A stretch of 64,000 nt of DNA, taken from Octopus vulgaris. Lineage: Eukaryota. The notes under the pieces are model-generated. The model was not told where the DNA came from, made no database searches, and saw nothing but the letters and a program-made list of their open reading frames with translations. Shown in pieces: positions 53,300-64,000 of this stretch. The first letter of the stretch is position 1. Each line of letters opens with the position of its first letter. A program made the position numbers and the translations under genes. The stretch is taken from the NCBI GenBank assembly GCA_951406725.2, contig OX597827.1, forward strand, positions 80,848,001-80,912,000, in the 5' to 3' direction.

Positions 53300-54980
53300 C
53301 AGATGGGTTTGGAAAATTAAGTTGTACAGAATAATGAAAGAATACTAGTCCCAACTAGAGCTACGCAAAAAGTTGACCAAACCAGTAAAAGAATTCTAAG
53401 AAAAAAGGAAGAACAACAGAATAAACAAAGAGAAAGAAATGGAGCTCCATGGCCGATGCCTCCAACAATATATTGCTAGTAAAATTTGCTGGCTGATGGC
53501 TGACATGTGGGAATGTGAGACAAGAGACAGAAGTACTAATTGCAGCTGCTCAGGAACAAACTCTTAGAATAAATGTGACAAAGGTAAAGATCAACGAACC
53601 TCAGTCAGACAACAAATGTAGAATCTTCAGAAAAGGAGATGAAAGTATCATATTTTGAGTGAGTGCAAAATACTGACCAACAAAGGGGTATTCAGGGTGG
53701 GGGAAGCAAAACTTGCATTAAAAGTTACACTAATATTTCACAGAAACCACTACACCAAATGATATGAAATCTAAGGCAGAACAAAGAATGCATTGTCTGC
53801 TAATAATGAACTCCTTTTATGCAGGAATATTGGAGAATGTGACCGTGCAGGAAGACATATGCCAATGAGTATGTGATTTAGTCCATGCACAAGTCGATCC
53901 AAAGAGGATTTCAAGCATAGTTGGAGCATCCTTATGCACAGTTTATAACACCAAGAACAGAATGGACATGGGCAACGGCATTCAGAGGAAGTCTGGCAGT
54001 GGTGGGACCAACAAGAAGTGGAGTCCAAGACTTCATCAACACCCTCAAATCTAAAATTTCTATGGACCCAACCACATCGATGAGGAAGCTGGCTTTTGAA
54101 TTTGAAATGAAACCCAAGACCATCAGAACAGCTATGAATGATGACTCGGGCCTCAAGTCTTACACCAGGACATCAAGACAGAACCTATGAAAGCCAGAAT
54201 ACTGAAGAGATGCAAAAAGGCTCTTAAATACTTCAAGAAGAACGGGTCCACTGTGAAAATCTTCTCTGATAGAAAGATCTTCTCAGTGGATGCTGTTGTG
54301 AACTGCAGAAATGACCAGTACATTGTGGTATCAACAGCTGACATCAGGAACACCTTCAGAACAAAACATCCAGCCCTGGTCATGAAGCATGCCATCAACA
54401 AAACCTCCCAGCCCAACATCAACTCTCTGAAAGCTGCCATCAATGAGGAGTGGGCCAGGATATCGAGTGACTTTGTGGTGAAGAGCTGTGCAGAGTTGTG
54501 GAGGTCATCATTGCAACCAATGGAAGCCACATTGAATAAAGTATTTGTTTTGTAATGATATGTGAATGTTATTAACCTATTTTTGAATCACTAAATGTAT
54601 TGATGTGCGATGAGAGAGTTTCAAATGTTACAGCAATTTTGTAGGGATTTGCTTCCCCAGCCTGTAAGTGGAGACATGACTGTGTAGGTCAAAGAATATA
54701 TTGGAATGTTAGCTTCAAAACAACAGAAAAATGGTATGACCATGAATCAGAGGCTGTGAAAAAACATGAGAATTGCAAGATCTTGTGGGATTTCTCTATA
54801 AAAAACTGAACCTACTCTTGAAGCAAGAAAACCAGATATGATTAGAGAGGATTAAATAAACAAACAGTGTAAGATGATAGATTTTGCAATTTCCTCAGAG
54901 AGCAGTGTCAATTCCAAAGAAATTGCAAAAAAAATTGGGAAATATCAGGACCTAGCCAGAGAGCTGATGAAAATGTGGTA
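53300..54980 (+). mobile_element. R4/Dong-like non-LTR retrotransposon C-terminus (zinc knuckle + restriction-like endonuclease), split by a Tc1/mariner insertion
   Basis: Left part ETEVLIAAAQEQTLR...NKCRIF...ILSEC; right part KWRHD...KILWDFSIK...ARKPDMI...IDFAI...KYQDLARELMKMW. Confidence 0.78.
53693..54664 (+). mobile_element. Internally deleted Tc1/mariner element (DD37D/maT-like)
   Basis: TIRs CAGG(G/C)TGGGG(G)AAGCAAA, with TA on the right and TT on the left. Remnants include SMRKLAFEF...TIR (HTH), KIFSDRKIFSVD...NCRND and SLKAAINEEW. Confidence 0.85.
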
Positions 54981-56070
54981 AAAGGGATTCCAAAAATGAC
55001 CACCCTGTCTGTTTTGATTTCAAACCCTAGGATTGCATTATCTCTCATCTGTTTGCTAAAGCAGTGTGGCATAATTAGAGGCTATCTGGCTGCCATTTCT
55101 AGCCTACTAGCTCCTATTCAGTAATGTACAGTGGTGCCAAGTAATACAATGAGCACCAACCAATAACCTTTATCGTATTCATTAGATAATTGGTGCACAA
55201 AAGTGCACCAATTAGTGCAGTGACCTTGTTGCAGTACTTCCGCTAATTGCTGACTCACAACATTACATTTTAACAATTGCATCTTTGCTGCACATTATTG
55301 GAAGCTTGCACAATATTACAGCCCCTCTCTGTGCTTACTCAGTCTTTTAGAAATAGCAGCTAAATCTCCATCAAACAACACCTCTTTCTTAATTAAGGAG
55401 ATGACACACTGAATACTATTGTCCTACATAACATGATTAAAATATGGGATGGTCATGGCTAGAATGCTTTTGACCATAAGTCTTCTGGGTCAGAATTAAT
55501 CTGGGGCCAAACATCAACAACTCTAGGTCAACGAGGTAAGCCACCTACTAGAAATAACAGCCAGACCTCTTCCAAATCACTCTGCTCTTTTACAATAAAA
55601 GGAAGTACGCATAATATAATCCCGATCAGAGTGTTTTTGATCAGGATCCTCTTCGCTGAGGGCTGACCTAGGGGCTAAATAACAACAACACCCACAACAA
55701 CAACAACAACACTGTGGCTTGATCTAAATGGTACATCAAACAATGGTTTTGTGACACACACACACACACTCATGTGCATGTGTGCTTGCTGCATCGATTT
55801 CTGCCGCCGCTGCAAATAGATTTGTTATGTATGCACACATGGAAATAGATACTTATTTACAACTGAATGCCTCGCTACGGCACAGCTTCTTTATACACGA
55901 ATGCACATCTGCATACAATTGCATTTATTTTGCACCATACATTTCATGTATGTGTGCACATATCTAGATTTACATTTGTGCAACTGCACTGGGAAAAAAA
56001 AAAGACAGCGGTGATGTTTCGTGTATATATATGTTGCAACGTTTGGACATACATACAAATATATACATAC

Positions 56071-56137
<67 letters not shown>

Positions 56138-56188
56138 TCTGTCTGCATATATAAATATGTATATAAATATATATATACATAAATATAA

Positions 56189-56259
<71 letters not shown>

Positions 56260-57368
56260 AATATATATATATATATGTAAATATATATATATACATATAT
56301 ATCTGAGTGTATGTATGTATGTATATGCATCATTGCATTGGGAATGTAAATATCATGTGCATAAATTCTCGCTGCACAACTCCGGTGCACATATCGTGGT
56401 GACAATAATTGAATCTTTTTCTCTACACATGGTTATCCATGGGTGTGGGCATGTTTGTATGCATATGTGTGTATATACATGTGCATATGTGATGATGATG
56501 ATGGTAATGATGACAATATATTCACACACAAATATATATCTATATATAAACATATATATATTACACACACACATGTATATATGTATGTATATATATATAC
56601 ACACATACATACATACATATTCATATATTTATGTATTTATTCACATAGATGTGTGTATGTATATATATAAACACACACATACATATATATATGTACATAT
56701 ATGTATATCTTCATAAATATATACATACATATATACATGTATATATATATATACTAACACACTGATATATATATACTTGTGTATATGTATATGTGGGTGT
56801 GTGTATTTTCCTGTACACACACACACACACGTCCACCTAGGCCTTCAATTTGTGTGCAATAGTGCAAGGGTAAATTTTTGTTTCTAGTTACAAATCTTTT
56901 GAAACAGAATCTTGTTTGATTATTCTCTGGTTGGTGAGATCCCTGGGGTGGGTGGGGATGGGGGGAGAAGACTCCTAGGAGGAGAGACACAATGGGTGGT
57001 GAGACCCCTTCAGAGGGGATACTACATGATATGATGCGTTAACTCTTTGAGGCTCATTTATTAAGAAAGGGTTTTGGAAGATAACTCGCATTTGTTCATA
57101 CATTGTCAGAAAATTAGATACACACACACACACACACATATATACACTTACTTTATTGTGTTTTCACCTGTATACATATATATATATATATACATACACA
57201 CACACACACAGGTGTATAAGTATCTGTCTACCTATCTATCTATCTATCGGTCTGTCTATCTATATATATGAGTAACACATAAATGCAAAGCAAGGAGGGA
57301 GAAAAATGATACTTGAATACCAAAGGTAGAGTAATATGCTTTTATTAAAGCTGCAGGAAATCTTCCCA

Positions 57369-57410
57369 AACTGTTACTCGGAGTTTCACGTTACCGTTCG
57401 TCAGACAGTT
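57369..57410 (-). ncRNA. Complete type I hammerhead ribozyme motif
   Basis: AACTGT-CTGACGA-ACG(GTAA)CGT-GAA-ACT(CCG)AGT-A-ACAGTT: all conserved core bases, stems I-III and a GUA cleavage triplet. Confidence 0.8.
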
Positions 57411-57442
57411 GTGATCATACAGCTTCTTTGCTGTATAATCAC

Positions 57443-57484
57443 AACTGTCTGACGAACGGTAATGTGAAACTCTGAGTAACAGTT
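57443..57484 (+). ncRNA. Complete type I hammerhead ribozyme motif
   Basis: AACTGT-CTGACGA-ACG(GTAA)TGT-GAA-ACT(CTG)AGT-A-ACAGTT; predicted cleavage after A57478. Confidence 0.78.
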
Positions 57485-58188
57485 TGGGAAGATTTTTTTG
57501 CAGCTTTAATAAAAGTATCTGTACATCTATATATATTCTTACGACTCAGAAATTGGACCGATCCAGTGATAACAGAATTTTAAAGAAATTTCTGTCAGCT
57601 TGCTTCAAGACGTATGCTTTTAGTGATGAATTATATGTGGTTATTGACAATCTAAAGTCTATTTCTCAGCATATTTGGTATAAGAATTGTTTTCTTTTGC
57701 CCTTATTTATAAGCTGCTTATAATTTTCATCTTAAAAGGTATTTTTTAAATATGCTGGCCACTGATAAAGTTTTTTGAAAATTTTATCCTATATTAGATG
57801 TGTGTGTATATATATATATTGAAATCTTTCAACATCAATGGAAATTGTAGCTGAGATACCAGTGCCGGTGGCACGTAAGAGAACCATCCAAACGTGGCCG
57901 TTTCCAGCCTCGTCTGGCCCCCGTGCCGGTGACACGTATAAAGCACCATCCGATCTTGGCCGTTTGCCAGCCTCGTCTGGCACCTGTGCAGGTAGCACAT
58001 AAAAAGCACCCACTACACTCTCAGAGTGGTTGGCGTTAGGCAGGGCATCCAGCTGTAGAAATACTGCCAGATCAGACTGGAGCCTAGTGCAGCTTCCTGG
58101 CTTCCCAGACCCCAGTTGAACCGTCCAACCCATGCTAGCATGGAAAACGGACGTTAAACGATGATGATGATAATGATGATACATATAC

Positions 58189-58225
<37 letters not shown>

Positions 58226-58277
58226 TGGATAAATTAAGAAATGGAGTGAAACACAGATGTTATTCAAATCATTTATA

Positions 58278-58368
58278 CTTCCAACATATGTTTCAAAAAG
58301 AGCATTGAGATTATTCTGGAGGGAATAAAAATGATGTAAAACAATGCAATCATCTCATCAAGGGGGAA
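58278..58368 (-). ncRNA. Degenerate hammerhead motif with palindromic stem III
   Basis: CCCC-TTGATGA-...GCATTG...CAATGC...-GAAA-CATATG-TT-GG. C3 is replaced by U; the palindrome is AACATATGTT. Confidence 0.45.
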
Positions 58369-58467
58369 AGAAAGGTAAAAAAATACATCAATAAGCCATT
58401 TTAACCTGATAACTATTTATTTGTTTTTGCCTTGTTATTTGTACACACTGAAAAAATATACATACAG

Positions 58468-58516
<49 letters not shown>

Positions 58517-58793
58517 AAATTAGAGAATGGAGAAACATACTTAAATCAATAAAACATCAACTATCCGATGATACCCAATCAATACTTTAATACACCATTA
58601 CATATGAGTAAAGGCATTATACAAAATGAGATATACAGTAATAGTAAAAAGATAAAGAGATATAAGTAAAAAATTTCAAATATAATATGCAATTAAATCA
58701 AAACTGACAGCTGTTTCGGCAGTGAGGGCAGTCATACCTCATTTAACCTATAAGCCATAAAGGCAGGTTGAATTTTCAACCCCTATCTCATTT

Positions 58794-58831
<38 letters not shown>

Positions 58832-58859
58832 AAGATGAAGATTCAGATAGAATCAGTGA

Positions 58860-60195
58860 CAGACAGGATGTGCAGTGTGTTCGTGTTCTTCATGGATCTG
58901 AGTTTTGGACTGACCACTGCCTAGTACGTGCAAAAGTGAAATTAGTCAGAAATCATAAAATCCGAGCTGTAGGGATTACCCTGCCTAAAAGACTGAATGT
59001 TGATCGTCATATGTGTAATAGTGTGAAGAGAACTTTACGAGAGGAAATGAATGCTACAGATATTGGGGAGGATTGGCTGACCCTTAAAAAGTCAGTTTAT
59101 GATATAGGCAAGAAAGTTCTGGGATTGATACAAAGAAAGCATCAAGATTGGTTTGAAGAAAATGATGAACATATAGATGATTTATTGGCTGATAAAAGAC
59201 GTACTTTGTCACGCTATTTGTCAGCAAAGCCACAGGAAAGGGAAGTGTTGCATAGGGAACTCAAGGACGTAAAATCACGTGTGAGGCAAAGGCTCTCTCA
59301 GATGAGGGATACGTGGCGGAGTAAGAAGGCTGACGAGATACAGGCGGCATCAGATTCCAATAACACAAAGCTGTTGTATGGTCTCTCGCGAGAAGTTTAT
59401 AGACTGACGTCTTCCCTGATGACACCACTTCGAAGCAGGGTTGGTGAAGAACTTCTTCGTGATTCACAAGGAATTCTGCGAAGGTGGCAAAAACACTTTG
59501 ATGAACTTTTGAATCAGCAGTCTGTAGTTAGTGAGGACGTTCTCAATCCCATCCCTGGATTACCTGTGAAGGCAGCACTCGCAGAACCACCAAAGTTGGA
59601 AGAAGTTGCAACGGCTGTCTCAAGGTTGAATAATGGGAAGTCTCCGGGTATGGATGGCATACATGCGGAGTTGTTACAGCATGGTGGTGAGAAACTTCTG
59701 CAGAAACTTCACTCTTTGTTTAGTAAGATATGGACTAGTGAATCTGTACCTGAGGACTGGAGAGATACAGTAATGGTGGTCCTGTATAAGGGAAAGGGCA
59801 ACATGAATGATTGTGGTAATTATAGGGGAGTATCATTGCTGTCTGTCATAGGAAAGGTTTTATGCAGGGTACTTCTGGATCGTCTGCTGAAATATGTTGC
59901 AGATTGTGTTCTTCCAGAAAGTCAATCTGGCTTTCGTGTGGGACGTGGCACTGCTGATATGATCGTTTCAGCTAGACAGCTTCAGGAGAAGTGTGTGGAA
60001 CAGGGTCTGGATTTATATCAGGTTTTTGTCGATCTGACAAAAGCCTTTGATACCGTCAATAGAAAAGCATTGTGGAAAGTCCTCCAGAAACTTGGGTGTC
60101 CTGAAAAGTTCCTTGCTTTGGTTAGGTCCTTTCATGAAGACATGAATGGTATGGTGAATGTTAGAGGGAAAATGTCGGAGCCCATTTCAATACAA
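58860..60195 (+). mobile_element. Internal fragment of an RTE (BovB-like) LINE ORF: end of AP endonuclease to mid reverse transcriptase
   Basis: 445-aa open frame with WTDHCLV, QDWFEEN, GKSPGMDGIHAE, NYRGVSLL, PESQSGFR and FVDLTKAFDTV; it breaks off before the QG and YADD motifs. Confidence 0.93.
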
Positions 60196-60424
60196 AATCT
60201 ACATTGATTTGGCCAATCCCAGAGAAACAAGCAGCCAATCTCTCTCTTTCTCTAATCAGGAAATGGAGAAAAAAACCTCAGATTAACAAACATATCGACT
60301 GGACCATCTTTATAACTTATTTTTTTAATTTTTTAACACAAAGCATGACATAACAAAATAGGTGACGTAGTATACACACATATTTTATCCCTTAGTCGGT
60401 TATAACAACCACTAAGTCTGTTTA

Positions 60425-60493
<69 letters not shown>

Positions 60494-60592
60494 CATACAT
60501 TATACCCAGTAAAATGAGCCTGAATGAAGTAGGTTTCTCTAAGAAGCCTGCAGAACTTTGAGTCACAGAGATGAATCAAACAGTTTTAAATA

Positions 60593-60626
<34 letters not shown>

Positions 60627-60813
60627 AGAGAAAGTGATCCAACCTCTACATTACCTTCATATGTTTCACAGATGTCAGATAATGGGGAACTGAATCCTGT
60701 TTAGAAATACTTTTAATTCACACAACATAGCTTCAATGCTGCTTGTTTCCATTTGTACACCTCTATAATAATTAAAAAAAAACGTATAAAACAGTTATAA
60801 ATACATGTACATC

Positions 60814-60924
<111 letters not shown>

Positions 60925-60975
60925 ATTTATATATGTATCAATCTATATATATACATATGTGTATATATATGTATG

Positions 60976-61012
<37 letters not shown>

Positions 61013-63104
61013 TATATATATGTGTGTGTGTATATAAATGTGTTGTACAGTGCAGTTCTCATTGTTGCGTTCGTTGTAAGTAGTATTGGACATGCAGCCT
61101 GCCTCAAAACCGTCTTTCCACTACCACCTCAACCACTACACCAAAACCAATTGCACCACCATTCCCACCTCAACCGCAACAACGTTATTACAACAACAAA
61201 CGTTATATAACCAGCATTGGCACCCCTTACCTTAACCACCACCGCAATATTTCAAGACAAAAGAAATCTCCGCTACATCCCGTCTCACCACCACCATCAC
61301 CACCACCACCATAACACTAGTTACTATACACAGCTACAATCATTACATTCCTCCCGCATGTCACATCACGGTTACTACAACTATTACAACTAAAACAAGA
61401 GCAACAAAAAAAATCTATTACCACCACCGCCACTACTAAAAGGGCCCTACCCCCTTATTATACCGCACCACCGCTACTGCACCCCCCACTGTTGTTACAC
61501 CAATCTGTCAATCAATTGATTAAAATTCTCGTCTGCTCACACAATGGCCGCCTCGTGCAACATTCTCTATATTTCTACTTCATTGATTCACTTAAATATT
61601 CTTTCATAACGGCCTTTTAGGGTCTAGATTTTCAAGGGAAGTTCGATTAAAAGGTTTCAGGATCGAATTTCAGTGATGACAGCTCTTTGTTTGTGTCTGA
61701 ATACAATGATAATTAAGTTGCTCTCGCTGTTCAGATTGAATTTGAAAACGGAAGTGAGTTAATGGTGGCAAACGGCAATCAAGAATTCTCTACTAACTGT
61801 CGCCTTTTTCACTGCATACACACGAGGACATGCACACAGGCATGTTGACGCATGCATAAATGCACCTACACACACATATATTCACACATGCATACGCATT
61901 CACTCAAAAACAAAGAAACACATTTACATGCAAAAACAGACTCACACGTTTATACACACTTACATAGAAGCACATATATATACACATAGGCACAAGTTTA
62001 CATACATACACATGCATGCACGTCCACCCACATACACACAGATTTACACACAAAGAAAGCACTCATTAACGCATACACACACACACACACGCGCATAGAC
62101 ACACATTTATACACATCCTTATTCAACGACTAACAAAGTCACTCCAGTGAACACACGCCCATTCACACATATACGCACACAGATACACATATGCAACCAC
62201 AAACACACATACACACACTTCACATGAAAACATGTTATTTCAGAGAAAAGACCTTGACTCATCAGAAGGAGCAAACATGAAGGTCTCTTGATATGCTTGA
62301 AAAACCAGCCAAATGTGCTTAATATATTAAAGAGATGGAAACATCGAATACCGTAGTCTTAGATGCACTATGGATTAAAGACGGGATGGTCATAGCTGGA
62401 ACAGCTCTATTTACAGATCTGTTGGATCCTAGGCCTAAACAACACCAAGAAAGACTACATTACATAATGTAGTCTCAGGTACACTGTGGCTGGAGAAAAC
62501 AGCAGGAATCCCTTTGCTGAGTCAGGTGTGAATTTTGAGTAAAGCTACAACCCTGCCTCCTCTCTTTGTGTTTTCTACCACTTCTTTAATGAATTTTGCT
62601 CCTTTGAATTAAACAGTGGTAGATACTTAACCCTCTTCTCTTTCTCTGTTCCTCTCACCCTCGGCCACTTTCTCTTTCTCTATGTCTTTCTACCTGTCTT
62701 ACTCACGATGATATAGTATGGCCTCTGCTCTAAACAATCTGTTAACTCTTCACCTTTCACATCAGTGAGGAAAGCAAGGATCACCCCAGCTTTAAACTGT
62801 CCTTTTTTTTAAATTTGTGTTTCCTGAAGAATGGAGGTTGCCTTATATGGATGGTTAATAGGAGAGTGAATGATGGGCGACCTAAGGTGGCACAGTGGCA
62901 GAGTGTTTTGAATGCTAGGCAGAATACCTCACAGCATTTGTTTCAAGTCTTTATGCTCTGAGTTCGAATCCCACCAAAGTCAATTTTGTCTAGCTTGACC
63001 GATAGAAGCACTGACCTATAGAGAATTATTTCTAAAATAGGGACAACTTGCTTCACCTCTTTTGATTTTCAATCTGTTAATGTTGTTTGGCCCCAGGTAA
63101 TGTA

Positions 63105-63298
63105 CCTATTTCTTTACTACCCACAAGGGGCTAAACACAGAGGGGACAATCAAGGACAGACGTGCGTAACTGGTACTTATTTAATCGACCCCGAAAGGAT
63201 GAAAGGCAAAGTCGGAATTTGAACTCAGAACGTAGTGGCAGAGGAAATACTGCTACGCATTTCGCCCGGCGGGCTAACGTTTCTGCCAGCTTGCCGCC
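63105..63298 (-). mobile_element. Family-A SINE with 17-bp flanking direct repeat
   Basis: GCCCCAGGTAATGTACC at 63090-63106 and 63296-63312. Confidence 0.87.
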
Positions 63299-64000
63299 CC
63301 AGGTAATGTACCATCAAACAAACACATAATCAAAAGCCATCTTGGACTACACTACATAATGGTACTCCTTCAGTTTTTCAAGAAGGTATGGCAAAATTTG
63401 AGGGAGATTTTTAGCTGTTATTTCTAGCAAGCCACACCTTGTTGCTTAATTGTTGTTGTTTGGTCCCAGGGTGGCCCTAATCCAGTAGGCTTATGAATGG
63501 ACACTAGCAATTTCAGCTGTATTCAAACAGCAAATCCACAACATCAAGAGTGTTCTTCATTTTTAAGATTGGTAAAGAGAGATTTGAGGAAGCATTAGCT
63601 ACTATTTCTAAAAGATCTATTGATTGAGTAATAGGTCCCTCATTGGCTCGTGCTGGTTATTATTGTTGCACTCATCAATACCTGGTAGTGTTACTGACAA
63701 CCCCTAACAGTCCATCCCTCCACCAACCCGTACCACAATTTAGTCATCAATAACAAACCAGAAACATCATTAACTGCTCTCCTTCACTGGTTTCCTGTTT
63801 GTAACGATCTATTATTTGGTGGTATTGGTTGGTTGGTGGATGTTGGTGTAATGGTAGAGGTGGCAGTGGTGGCGGTGGTGGTGGTGGATTGTGTTGGAGC
63901 TGATGGAAGTTGTGGCAGTGGTGGTGGGTTGTGGTGGCGTGGTGGTGGTGGCCGTGGTGGTGGTGGCTGTGGTGGTGGTGGTGGTTGTGATGTTGGGGTG

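Overview
AT-rich, microsatellite-saturated eukaryotic DNA. The repeat families and the protein style at the left edge point to a coleoid cephalopod, most likely Octopus (inference). The only convincing host coding sequence is the 3' end of a large exon at 2-385 (+). It encodes a juxtamembrane segment, a transmembrane helix and a cytoplasmic stretch typical of octopus protocadherins, and ends at a GTAAGT donor. The remaining ~63 kb is intron or intergenic DNA. It holds tRNA-derived SINEs, fragments of RTE, Tx1/L1-like, R4/Dong-like and Penelope-like retroelements, four Tc1/mariner remnants, a hAT remnant, two non-autonomous Helitrons and a 21-bp satellite with higher-order structure. Almost all ORFs in the supplied track are microsatellite artefacts. 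The most notable signal is a set of type I hammerhead ribozyme motifs. These include two complete ones arranged back to back in a palindrome at 57339-57515, one inside a tRNA-headed SINE-like element, and several degenerate ones. Most lie in or near foldback elements associated with (TA)n tracts, consistent with Penelope-like element termini. Repeat boundaries are approximate unless TIRs or TSDs are quoted.
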